A stretch of DNA of 64,000 bases from Chloroflexota bacterium (GTDB taxonomy: Bacteria > Chloroflexota > Dehalococcoidia > UBA2247 > RBG-13-53-26), in assembly GCA_016876035.1 (NCBI GenBank), contig VGOE01000001.1:27264-91263 (forward strand), read 5' to 3'. The translations under genes and the position numbers were made by a program. The notes under the pieces were generated by a model. It was not told the DNA's origin and made no database searches. It worked only from the letters and a program-made list of their open reading frames with translations. Numbering within the stretch: the first letter of the stretch is position 1; every line of letters begins with the position of its first letter. This document shows, piece by piece, positions 46,268 to 58,635 of this stretch.

Positions 46268-46939
46268 ATGGCAGTCAAGCGCAAACGAGCCAAGATTACA
46301 CATAAAGAAGAAACCATGATTCTTGACTACTCACGTAGGTTCCGCAAGTTGGGACGAACCCAATTGGCTGAAAAGATTCAGGCAGAAGTCAAATGGTCGG
46401 GCAAGCCTCCTGAAATAGAGGTATTGGAGAAAAAAATATCGAAGTATAGAAAAATTAATGACCCCGAGGAGGAACCCTGGGATATGTCTAAACTAGACAA
46501 GTATCCCATTCCGCCGGAAGCGCTACCCTCAGTGATACTGTGCTACGTCTATCGACTGGAACATGGCGACACCTTACTTACTGTCCGGGAAGCCAAGTGG
46601 GTTTCACGCATCTATGCTATTTGGAAAGACAAGGCAGAAGAGTATGTAAAAGCGCTCGATTATATCGCTTCGTTTCTCGCCCTGGGTGAAGTCAGCATGG
46701 AATTTATCGAAAGATCAAGCACCAGGAACAGAGATTTGGCAACTTTGCATAGCAACCTTCGCATGATGAACGTCATATGGCTTTACGGACAAATCACTAG
46801 AAAGCCGCCGAGTGAAGAGTTAGTAAGATGGATTAAGAACAAAATGGACGAGTGGCCGGAAGAGCTGAAGGCCCAATTTCCAGATTGGTTTAGGGAGGCA
46901 GATAATGAGAGGTCACATAATCAAGCGATACAAGAATAG
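46268..46939 (+). CDS. Hypothetical protein (223 aa) upstream of the integrase.
   Basis: An ORF with an RBS-like GGGATTAAG precedes the ATG. No motif was recognised. Confidence 0.45.
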   Translation: MAVKRKRAKITHKEETMILDYSRRFRKLGRTQLAEKIQAEVKWSGKPPEIEVLEKKISKYRKINDPEEEPWDMSKLDKYPIPPEALPSVILCYVYRLEHGDTLLTVREAKWVSRIYAIWKDKAEEYVKALDYIASFLALGEVSMEFIERSSTRNRDLATLHSNLRMMNVIWLYGQITRKPPSEELVRWIKNKMDEWPEELKAQFPDWFREADNERSHNQAIQE

Positions 46940-48082
46940 CTACACGATTGTCCTAACCCTCGGCTATGACCCGGCCACTGGCAAGCGTAGGCAGCAATGG
47001 GTTAGCGTCAAAGGGACTAAGAAGGATGCGGAGAAGCGCCTGGCGGAGCTCCTGCACCAGCTCGATACCGGCACCTTCATGAAGCCTGGCAAGACTACCC
47101 TGGCCGAATACCTGGAGCGATGGTTGAAGGACTACGCATGGCCTAATCTGTCCCCGAGGACCGCCGAGGGGTATGAACACATCGTCAGGCGTCACCTTAT
47201 CCCGGGTCTCGGCTCGATATCTCTGACACAGTTGAAGCCCGAACATCTCCAGCGCTACTACTCCGAGAAGCTATCAAGCGGCCGGTGTGATGGTAGGGGG
47301 GACTGAGCGCGAGAACAGTACGACATCATCACGTTACCCTGCATGATGCCCTGCAAACGGCTGTCAAGTGGGGATTGCTGGTCAGAAATCCGGCTGACGC
47401 AGTAGCCACCCCCCGCTTTCAGCCTCACGAGATGCACACTCTTTCCGAAGAAGATATTTACACTTTCCTTGAAGCCGCGAAGAAGACACCCTACTATGCC
47501 TTATTCTATCTGGCACTTTTCACCGGTATGAGGCGGTCTGAACTTCTGGCTCTGCAATGGTGTGACGTCGATCTGGCATTAGGTCAGGTATATGTTGCGC
47601 GTACTCTTCACCACCTGCGAAATGGAGGAATTGCCTTCAGAGCACCTAAAACAGCCAAAGGCCGCCGGACCATAGCTCTTCCACCGTCAGCTTGTATTGC
47701 TCTCAGAGCGCATAGGGAAGCACAGGAGGCAAGGCGAACCATGCTGGAGATCCCGCTGAGAGAGGATGAACTGGTTTTCTCTCAACTGGACGGTAGACCA
47801 CTACTTCCTGATACGGTAACCCATGCTTGGGTTAAACTGGTAAGGCGCACCGGCCTTCAGGGAATCCGATTACACGATGCCAGACACACCCATGCTTCCT
47901 TGATGCTGAAACAGGGTGTCCATCCCAAGATAGTTCAAGAGAGATTAGGCCATGCCAGCATACAGATAACCCTTGATACCTACTCCCATGTGGCCCCCGG
48001 GCTCCAAGCGGCTGCCGCTGTCCGATTTGACGAACTGCTGGCTCCCAAGCGTGACAAAGAGGTAGTTGAAAAAGTTGGTTAG
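46905..48082 (+). pseudogene. int: Tyrosine integrase (phage-integrase family) split into two frames by a roughly 14-nt insertion with stops near 47285-47300.
   Basis: The N-terminal SAM-like/core-binding part (46905..47306) reads ...EYLERWLKDYAW...LKPEHLQRYYSEKLSSGR. The catalytic part (47375..48082) reads RHHHVTLHDALQTAVKWGLLVRNPAD...LRHLRNG...HDARHTHASLML...LGHASIQITLDTYSHV (R..HxxR..Y). The continuation GGLSARTV is in frame 2 after tgtgatggtagggg. Confidence 0.6.
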
Positions 48083-48152
48083 CTATCCGTTAGCTAAAAT
48101 GAAAATGCCCCCAACTGGACGGGCCATATTGAGGGCATTTTAGCTTCAAAAA

Positions 48153-48227
48153 TGGTAGCGGGGGTTGGATTTGAACCAACGGCCTTCGGGTTATGGGCCC
48201 GACGAGCTACCACTGCTCCACCCCGCG
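48153..48227 (-). tRNA. tRNA-Met (anticodon CAU), initiator-type.
   Basis: The RNA reads CGCGGGGTGGAGCAGTGGTAGCTCGTCGGGCCCATAACCCGAAGGCCGTTGGTTCAAATCCAACCCCCGCTACCA. Positions 1:72 are mismatched (C:U). Three G:C pairs close the anticodon stem. The anticodon loop is CCCAUAA. A CCA end is encoded. Confidence 0.85.
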
Positions 48228-48254
48228 ATATAAATAAAGGTACTGCTCCAGGGG

Positions 48255-51219
<2,965 letters not shown>

Positions 51220-51472
51220 TACTTACCCGAAGCAGTACCAATATTCACTTTTTAAGGTACAGGCAAGGCGAGGAAATACTGTTCACAACAACTGATGGCC
51301 CGGGCCTTGCCACGCGAACTATTAGTATAGCACCATGATTCGAGCCCTGTCAAGCCCGCGATTTGACCCTTAATCCGTGGATTGATAAGGGAATCTGAAG
51401 CTATGCAGATTCACTTTTGTACCAACCTTCCGGGTGGTTGAAAGGGGTAATACTCTGTAATACCATACCCTT

Positions 51473-51837
51473 ATGGCTAAGGTAGTAGTAACGTTCAAGT
51501 TGGAAGCGCAGATCTACTCAAAGCTGAAGGAGATAGCTGAGAAGGAAGGCAGAGAGTTTCTGAGATCTTGAGGGAGTCTTTAACCGACTGGCTACAAAAC
51601 AAGAAGTACGTTTCTACGTCTGACTTTATTACCTTGATAAAGGAGCAGAAGAACGCTGGCAAAAGCTGGGCAGGAATATCATCCCTGGTACTCGGACGAT
51701 ATGGGATTTCTTTGGACAAAGAAACGATACAGTTCGGAGGCTCAAATGCTCTGAAAGGGCTCGCCTCGGAGGATGCTCTGAACGTTATGTTGCTCGTCAA
51801 CCCATTCTCATTCTCGGCGTTTGCCTTTCGCTCTTAG
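51473..51837 (+). pseudogene. Ribbon-helix-helix (CopG/Arc-like) protein gene interrupted by a -1 frameshift in a T-run near 51556-51560. A complete 32-aa RHH peptide followed by an independent ORF is also possible.
   Basis: Frame 2 gives MAKVVVTFKLEAQIYSKLKEIAEKEGREFLRS*. Frame 1 continues (V)SEILRESLTDWLQNKK... A joined reading REF-SEILRESLTDWL fits the RHH second helix. One extra T in gagTTTctg would restore the frame. Confidence 0.4.
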
Positions 51838-52398
51838 TTTCTCGCCAACGCTGAATGCCCTGGCTATGACATCTCCAAGCGCCTGGTATTGACGATCTGG
51901 GGATGGAGTGTACGCAAAAGGCTTGATTTTGCTGACGTCTGGCTTGCCATCGGTCAGGCAGTTCTCTGAAACATGGGTTTCCTCAATTCTACCAACGACA
52001 AGGGAATGGCTGCCCAAGTCCAAGATGTGGACAACCTTACACTCCAGATTGACGGGGCATTGTTCAATAAGCGGAGCACTGCCTAATTTGCCGTAGAACA
52101 CTTTGAACTGGCAGACCTCCACTTTGCCTGCTTTAGAACCAGAGGTAATACCACAGTAATCCGTTTCCACTACCATATCTGTGGAGGGTACATTCACGGA
52201 AAAAGTCATGTTCTGTCTGATGCCTCCAAGGGTATAGCGATGATGCCGGATGGCCACAGAAATCATTGGTGGCTCGCCATTGGCAATGCCTGACCAGGCT
52301 ACTGCCATGAAATTTGGTTTGCCATCGACATTTGCCCCGACTAGGAGCGCAGGCATAGGGTAGATCAGCGTCTGAGGCCCCATGGTGATTTTGTTCAT
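51808..52398 (-). CDS. Flavin reductase-like FMN-binding split-barrel protein.
   Basis: MNKITMGPQTLIYPMPALLVGANVDGKPNFMAVAWSGIANGEPPMISVAIR is typical of the flavin reductase domain. The start is taken at the internal Met, and the longer ORF extends to 52446. Confidence 0.7.
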   Translation of the reverse strand: MNKITMGPQTLIYPMPALLVGANVDGKPNFMAVAWSGIANGEPPMISVAIRHHRYTLGGIRQNMTFSVNVPSTDMVVETDYCGITSGSKAGKVEVCQFKVFYGKLGSAPLIEQCPVNLECKVVHILDLGSHSLVVGRIEETHVSENCLTDGKPDVSKIKPFAYTPSPDRQYQALGDVIARAFSVGEKLRAKGKRRE

Positions 52399-52849
52399 AG
52401 TCTTTCCTCCAACCAATCGAGTGGTTTTCAGGTACCGAGAGCTCACCTCAGAAGTGAAGAGTGCGTGATTTAGCTAGGATTGTAACCTATTTGAGCCCAG
52501 ATCACAAAAGAGCAAACAACCGACGTAATGTGACCCCAAGGGCCGTCCCATATTAATTTGCCCCGCCGATAGCCTTGCAGGAGTTCAAGCTGCACCACTT
52601 TGCACTCAGCCGTAGGTTGTGGTGGCATAATGCCCAACACAGTAGTCTCTTGGCTGGTTAGTCGGCGGAGCCCACCGACGCATTGCGTTTCATACTTTGG
52701 TTTGCTACCCAGCAGGATTAAAGAAAAGCAATTAGGCCTCGTACCCCCAAAAGCGTGGTACAATAGGTTGCACTATCTCACGAGAGGATAACAGGCAATA
52801 GACAACCTCATAATTACAAGAGAGATGCCTGGAGCGAACTGGGGGGCAC

Positions 52850-53695
52850 TTGATGCAGACGACTGGCATTTTCTATCACGAGATAATGAGAAATGAACAT
52901 GCTCCTTTAGACATGAACATCGGAAGAGCTTTCGATGCTCTGAAAGGAGAGGGTCTACTCTTGGAAGAAGGAGTAAGTTTCTTTGAAGCGGAACCAGTCA
53001 CTGAGACTCTTGTCCTCAAGGTGCATACCGAGGAGTGGGTGGCGGAGGTTAAGAGAGGAGGATACTGGAAAGTGAGCCTTTATTCAGCGGGAGCCGTTGC
53101 AATGGCTTTCGATAAAGTCCTCTCCGGCGAGATGCATAATGCCCTTGCCCTTGTTGGGGCCGGTGGACACCATGCCCGGAGGGATTACGCCTGGGGAGGA
53201 TGCTACATCAATCACGAGGCCATTGCCGTAGCTCTGGCAAGGGAAACCGGCAGAGGAACAAGGTTCGCCATAGTTGATACCGACACCCATCACGGCGATG
53301 GCACCAGGGATATCTTCTCAGAAGACAAAGATATTCTTCACATCTGCTATTGCGCGTACGGCAAAGGAGAAGGAAAAACCAAAGTGTGTCTTCCCCATGC
53401 ATCTGGAGACGACGAGTTTGTACGCAGATTTCGCAACGAGGTCCCTCCCCTCATTCGCGAATTTGAACCAGAGCTCATTCTGTGGTTTTGCGGTCTCGAT
53501 ACCCACAAAGACAGCTACGGAACCAGAAAGCTTACGGAGAACTGCTATCCTCGGCTGTGCGAAGTCCTGATGGAAACAGCTGAGCATGTGTGCCGGGGGA
53601 GGCTTATCGTCAGAATAGGATGCAACGCGCCTTCCTATGTGGCAGCAGAGGCGCTTCCGAAGATGGTGAGGATTCTCGCCATGAGAAAATCGTGA
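52850..53695 (+). CDS. Histone deacetylase / acetoin-utilisation (AcuC) / acetylpolyamine amidohydrolase family protein.
   Basis: GAGGHHARRDYAWGGCYINHEAIA and IVDTDTHHGDGT are HDAC-family Zn-site motifs. Confidence 0.8.
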   Translation: MMQTTGIFYHEIMRNEHAPLDMNIGRAFDALKGEGLLLEEGVSFFEAEPVTETLVLKVHTEEWVAEVKRGGYWKVSLYSAGAVAMAFDKVLSGEMHNALALVGAGGHHARRDYAWGGCYINHEAIAVALARETGRGTRFAIVDTDTHHGDGTRDIFSEDKDILHICYCAYGKGEGKTKVCLPHASGDDEFVRRFRNEVPPLIREFEPELILWFCGLDTHKDSYGTRKLTENCYPRLCEVLMETAEHVCRGRLIVRIGCNAPSYVAAEALPKMVRILAMRKS

Positions 53696-53886
53696 CCATA
53701 GGCAACAGTCTTCCTGCACTACTGCTATCCGACGACCAACACGCCATTGAGATAGAATTCACCAATTGACCAAGGGGCCAACAGCCCGGTTACGTGCTAT
53801 GGGAATCTCTACGTCAACTATCGATGAGAATAGGACACATTATGGCTCTTTGCATCGTCGTGGTATTGGCCAAACCCTGAACACTC

Positions 53887-54822
53887 ATGAGCTGTGGGCT
53901 GATAAATACAGCCGACGTATCTCAGGCTGCTTTTATCGAGGCTCGAACAGACCAGGGCCTCGCCTCTTTCCACTCGGCCAAAAAGGTGATATCGTTTGGG
54001 AGGCCACTAGATCGCAAGGGAACACTGATGACTGAACATGAAATTGTGCATGTCGCAACGGCTCCCTCACATACACTTGAGGCAAATCTGGTAGAGAAAG
54101 TGGCAGCCATCGTTGGTAAAGACCTTTACAGGACACGACTTCTCTTATCTGGAGAGATTCCCAGAATCATCACCCACCATGACACCATGCAAATGGCAGA
54201 ATTGACCGCTCAGAAGCTGAGAGACCTGGGCCTGGTGGCGTTTGCGTGCCGTGATTCGGAGCTTCGCCAGCCGTCTCGGGCCTACAGAGCACAGACTCTG
54301 AGATTCGCGGAGAGAGCAATCCACTTCTCGGATAAGGGTGGCCAGGTGAGAATAATGGATTCCACGAATACCTCCTTGGTTATCAAGGGAAGAATACAGG
54401 CTTACACAGAAACAAAGGCGGTAACAACAAAAAGGAAGTTCAGCTTGCCAGCCACAGTGCTGACTGGCGGCATTCCTATCTGGCGCACAGTGAAAGAAGA
54501 CACTACGGATAAGTCCATTCAAAATGAGTGTTTTGTCAGGCTCTACGACCGGATATCGGCCGATGCTGCTGTGGAGGTTCTCCAGTATGACCTTGACTAT
54601 TCGTTCCTAGGGGTGAAGATGGTTTTATCTTCTCTCGGAAACTTGAACATCGTTGTCATGAGAATCAGAGATACACTCCCACAGGCAGTTTTCGATGACA
54701 GACTGATGAAACCTTTCAGGTTGGATATATCTTCTGCTACGCCCAAGGAGAACATTGAGATCAACTGCAAATTGATTTACTTGTGCCATCGAGTCATGAG
54801 TAATCTTAACCCGCACCTATAG
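53887..54822 (+). CDS. Hypothetical protein. The start may be the internal Met near 54025.
   Basis: The ORF has coding-like composition. No motif was recognised. Confidence 0.4.
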   Translation: MSCGLINTADVSQAAFIEARTDQGLASFHSAKKVISFGRPLDRKGTLMTEHEIVHVATAPSHTLEANLVEKVAAIVGKDLYRTRLLLSGEIPRIITHHDTMQMAELTAQKLRDLGLVAFACRDSELRQPSRAYRAQTLRFAERAIHFSDKGGQVRIMDSTNTSLVIKGRIQAYTETKAVTTKRKFSLPATVLTGGIPIWRTVKEDTTDKSIQNECFVRLYDRISADAAVEVLQYDLDYSFLGVKMVLSSLGNLNIVVMRIRDTLPQAVFDDRLMKPFRLDISSATPKENIEINCKLIYLCHRVMSNLNPHL

Positions 54823-55058
54823 CTGGTCTGCGCACATTTCGAGGCAAGCAACCAAGAAGAATAGAATCGATCCGATCTCACTTTGAATGGCACAAACTGA
54901 CGTAATGTGGCTCAACGAAACTGACGAATGTGCCGTCGGCGCCTTTGGACACGGATCTCGAGAACGTGACGTCTTGACGGTTACAAAGCAGGGTTGTAAT
55001 CTATCGAGATGAAAGACCTGCCTTCAGCCTGATCGAAGCCAACGCTGCCTATAAGCAT

Positions 55059-56627
55059 ATGTTGGATCCCAAATACAAACAACCGTCAATAGACCTGAAC
55101 GAGCAGTTTAGACGTGCCCTCGACATGATGGAACATACCGGTACGAGCGTTTTCATCACCGGACGGGCGGGCACAGGGAAGTCGACTCTGCTTTACTACT
55201 TCCGCCAGACGACCAATAAGAAGGTCGCGGTGCTGGCGCCCACTGGTGTTGCTGCTCTCAACGTTAAGGGGCAGACGATCCATTCCTTCTTCGGGTTCAA
55301 GCCCAACATCACTTTGGAACGGGTCAAGAAAGTGCCTTTCAGTGATGACGGAGAGAATATCTACAGAAACTTGGATGCCATAGTCATCGATGAAATCTCA
55401 ATGGTGAGAGCCGATCTACTCGATTGTATGGACAAATTCCTGCGACTGAACGGCCCCAGCGCAGACAGGCCTTTTGGCGGCCTACAGATGATCTTTATCG
55501 GCGACCTCTACCAGTTGCCTCCTGTTATCACTAGCACTGAAAAGGAAGCTTTCAGCTCTCTTTATGAGACACCATACTTCTACAGTGCCAAGGTGTTCGA
55601 CTCCTTTGAAATGGAGTTTGTGGAACTGGAGAAGGTCTACCGCCAGCATGACCAAGAGTTTATCGACCTGCTCAACTCCGTCCGGAACAAATCGATTACC
55701 GAAGAGGGGCTAGAGCTTCTCAACCAGAGGTATATGCCGGAATTCGAACCATCTCCGGATGATTTCTGCGTTTACATTACGACAACGAACAGGCTTGCAG
55801 ACAAGGTCAATAGCCAGCAACTGGCAAAACTGAAAACCAGACTCCACACCTTCACTGCTGATATCGAGGGGGATTTTGGTAACGAATACCTTCCTACTGC
55901 AATTGATCTCCAGGTCAAGGTAGGGGCACAGATCATGATGCTCAATAATGATATCGATGGCCGCTGGGTCAACGGCACCATCGGCAGAATTACCCGCATA
56001 GCTGGCGACAAGACTGATGAGTGTATCATTACGGCTGAGTTGGCCGATGATGAAACCGTGGAGATTACGCCCTACACTTGGGAGATCTTTTGGTTCTTCG
56101 CCGACGGAGGAGAGTTGCAGTCAGAAGTCATCGGCAGGTTCAGACAGTACCCCCTGATGCTTGCCTGGGCGGTAACCATACACAAGAGCCAGGGTAAGAC
56201 GTTTGATAGGGTGGTCATCGATATCGGCAAGGGCACATTTGCCCACGGGCAGGCCTATGTGGCACTGAGCCGGTGCACCAGGCTGGATGGCATTATCCTG
56301 AAAAAGCCTATTCAAAAGAAACACGTCTGGACAGATTACAAGGTGGTAGATTTTCTGACTAGATACCAATACAGGAAAGCGGAACAATCCTGCCCGCTCG
56401 ATAATAAGCTTGAAGTGATCAAGAGAGCCATCAAGGACAAGGCGACACTGCAAATAGTGTACCTGAAGCCTAACGACGAGAAGACGAGAAGAACCGTGAG
56501 GCCCGAGGCGCTTGGGGAGATGGAGTACCGTGGCAAGAAATACCTGGGAATGCGGGCATTTTGCATGAAGCGGAACGAGGAAAGGACTTTCCGGATCGAC
56601 AGAATACTGGAAATAGAAGGCGTGTGA
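55059..56627 (+). CDS. pif1: Pif1-family (RecD-like) ATP-dependent DNA helicase with a C-terminal WYL domain.
   Basis: Walker A is ITGRAGTGKST. Motifs VIDEISMVRADLLD and LQMIFIGDLYQLPPV are typical of Pif1/RecD. The C-terminal reads ATLQIVYLKPNDEKTRRTVRPEALGEMEYRGKKYLGMRAFCMKRNEERTFRIDRILEI (WYL-like). Confidence 0.8.
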   Translation: MLDPKYKQPSIDLNEQFRRALDMMEHTGTSVFITGRAGTGKSTLLYYFRQTTNKKVAVLAPTGVAALNVKGQTIHSFFGFKPNITLERVKKVPFSDDGENIYRNLDAIVIDEISMVRADLLDCMDKFLRLNGPSADRPFGGLQMIFIGDLYQLPPVITSTEKEAFSSLYETPYFYSAKVFDSFEMEFVELEKVYRQHDQEFIDLLNSVRNKSITEEGLELLNQRYMPEFEPSPDDFCVYITTTNRLADKVNSQQLAKLKTRLHTFTADIEGDFGNEYLPTAIDLQVKVGAQIMMLNNDIDGRWVNGTIGRITRIAGDKTDECIITAELADDETVEITPYTWEIFWFFADGGELQSEVIGRFRQYPLMLAWAVTIHKSQGKTFDRVVIDIGKGTFAHGQAYVALSRCTRLDGIILKKPIQKKHVWTDYKVVDFLTRYQYRKAEQSCPLDNKLEVIKRAIKDKATLQIVYLKPNDEKTRRTVRPEALGEMEYRGKKYLGMRAFCMKRNEERTFRIDRILEIEGV

Positions 56628-56873
56628 AGGGAGCGCAGATACGCGAACTCAGTCTGTGCAGGGCAATCTTGCCGGTGGGCACTCAAATAGCCGAAACTCA
56701 TCCCTATTGCACCATCTGGCGAATCGCGCAATGCGGTAACCGACAATCCCACAGAATAGGCTGACTTGGTACAATCATAGAGTTTGTCAGGTCTTGTCGG
56801 CTGCCTGTGCATGGCGTCTTTGACGAGAAGCAGAAGACTGTGCTATACCTCACACAGATAGAAAGGGGGTCAT

Positions 56874-57695
56874 ATGAGACTTTGCATGGTTCAGATCCTT
56901 GACCTGCCTGAAGAGTTCCTGGATCCTATGTTCAGCATGATGAAGCCCAGCTTCGACAACGTCCTGCGGCCGGACACCGAAGTGGTGCTGAAGCCGGCCA
57001 AGGGCGGCCACCCGACGGATCACCTCGAAGACCTGGACAATCCCTATTTCGATTTCCTGAACAAAAGGCCCATCATAGACGCACTCCTGGAGGCAGAAAA
57101 GGAAGGCTTTGATGGGGCCTGGGTAAACTGTTTTGGAGACCCTGGGATTAAGGAAGCCAGGGCCGCTGTCGGCATACCGGTTTTCGGAGCCTGCGAGTCA
57201 ACTCTGCACTTCGCCTGCCAGATAGGCCGTAAGTTCGCCATAATCACTGCCAACATGCCAGGGCAAGTGGCCCTGATGGAGGATCAGGTCAGGCAGCACA
57301 GTTTGCAAGACCGCCTGATCATCAACGGGGTGAGGACGGACAAGACTCCCTTTGATGAGGCCATGACGAAAGGCATGCAGGATCCCAGTCTTATTGCCTC
57401 CAGTATCGAAGAGGTGGCCAGAGGCTGTGTTGCCGATGGTGCTGATGTGGTAATAATTGGCTGTTGTGGACTGGGGCCACTCTGCACCTTGGCCGGCTTC
57501 AACAAGATAACCGTCGGGAGCCAGCAGGAGGTGCCAGTCCTGAACGCCGTCACCATAGTCGCCAAGACCACCGAGATGGCTGTTGATATTAGAAGGGGAG
57601 CAGGTCTGCCCATCCCCAGCCGCATCAGGGGGCAGGCCCTTCCGTCAAAAGAGGATTTGGCCAGGGTGAGAGCTGCCTACGGACTGCCGGCTTAG
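56874..57695 (+). CDS. Asp/Glu/hydantoin racemase-family protein (arylmalonate decarboxylase or maleate isomerase-like).
   Basis: Two conserved Cys-containing half-site motifs are present (GACESTLHFA and VVIIGCCGLG). Confidence 0.6.
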   Translation: MRLCMVQILDLPEEFLDPMFSMMKPSFDNVLRPDTEVVLKPAKGGHPTDHLEDLDNPYFDFLNKRPIIDALLEAEKEGFDGAWVNCFGDPGIKEARAAVGIPVFGACESTLHFACQIGRKFAIITANMPGQVALMEDQVRQHSLQDRLIINGVRTDKTPFDEAMTKGMQDPSLIASSIEEVARGCVADGADVVIIGCCGLGPLCTLAGFNKITVGSQQEVPVLNAVTIVAKTTEMAVDIRRGAGLPIPSRIRGQALPSKEDLARVRAAYGLPA

Positions 57696-57849
57696 CCGGG
57701 AATCCTAAGCACTTGTGCTGTTCAGGGCAGCAACGGCCGATGAAAGGGTTGCCTGGGTGTGCCGCAAGACTCGTCCGACGCCTACGCCAATGCTCTGGGC
57801 ACCACATACACGTAAGCCTGAACGCTGAAGCAAATCTAGGAGGTGAAAG

Positions 57850-58617
57850 GTGAGTTCGCTGTTTTCTCTGAAAGATAAGGTAGCTATTGTTACTGGGGGT
57901 GGCCGCTGGACAGGAAGGACTATTGCCCTGGAGATGGCTAAGGCCGGGGCTGATGTGGTGGTCTGTGCCCGAACTGTCGAGGGGATCGAAGAAGCGGCAG
58001 CAGAGATTCGCAGCCTGGGTCGCCGATCTCTGGCTGTTCAGACCGATGTTCGGGTGAAGAAGCAGGTGGACAACCTTGTGAAAAAGACCCTGGCTGAGTT
58101 CGGCCGTATCGACATCCTGGTTAACAACGCTGGTGGCGGCTCCATGGAGAAAGCCTTGGAGTTGGATGGAAAGGGTTGGGACTTCATGGTACGAGAAAAC
58201 CTGAAGTCTGTATTCCTGTGCAGCAAGGCAGTGGTGGGCGCTATGATGAAACAGGGGGGTGGCTGTATTGTCAACATCGCTTCCTGCGAGGGCGTTCGGG
58301 CAGCCCCTTGCAATCCTGCCTACGGCGCAGCCAAAGCCGGAGTAATGAATCTCACCATGACCCTGGCAGTCGATTGGGCTCCTTACAATATCCGGGTCAA
58401 CGCCGTAGCTCCGGGCTTCATTGCCCTCCCCGGTTTGCAGGAGTTTCTCCCCTTTTACCCTCACCTGGTGAACATCTACAATAAGGTTCCCTTGAAGCGG
58501 GCTGCGAAGTTTGAAGAGATAGCGGGACCGGTTATTTTCCTTGCTTCCGCTGCCGCAGGCTACACCACTGGCATAACGATTATCGTTGATGGCGGGATGA
58601 CTAGCTCGACAGGATAG
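57850..58617 (+). CDS. Short-chain dehydrogenase/reductase (SDR) family oxidoreductase.
   Basis: The GTG start has an AGGAGGTGA RBS. The Rossmann motif is VAIVTGGGRWTGRTIA. NNAGG is present. The YxxxK motif is AYGAAKAG. Confidence 0.85.
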   Translation: MSSLFSLKDKVAIVTGGGRWTGRTIALEMAKAGADVVVCARTVEGIEEAAAEIRSLGRRSLAVQTDVRVKKQVDNLVKKTLAEFGRIDILVNNAGGGSMEKALELDGKGWDFMVRENLKSVFLCSKAVVGAMMKQGGGCIVNIASCEGVRAAPCNPAYGAAKAGVMNLTMTLAVDWAPYNIRVNAVAPGFIALPGLQEFLPFYPHLVNIYNKVPLKRAAKFEEIAGPVIFLASAAAGYTTGITIIVDGGMTSSTG

Positions 58618-58635
58618 CTTCGGTCTCAAAGAAGA

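Larger units (their letters stand above)
26110..48227. mobile_element. Integrated genomic island of about 22 kb, a prophage-like or integrative element, inserted into initiator-type tRNA-Met. It is bounded by 45-nt direct repeats. It carries integrase, Xis, primase, recombinase and iterons, plus a composite defence operon.
   Basis: The direct repeat is a tRNA 3'-half duplication. A tyrosine integrase gene lies immediately next to the intact tRNA. There is an excisionase-like HTH and a primase with Zn-finger and Toprim. The defence cargo is a methyltransferase, an ATPase, PglZ, a nuclease and pAgo. Confidence 0.65.
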
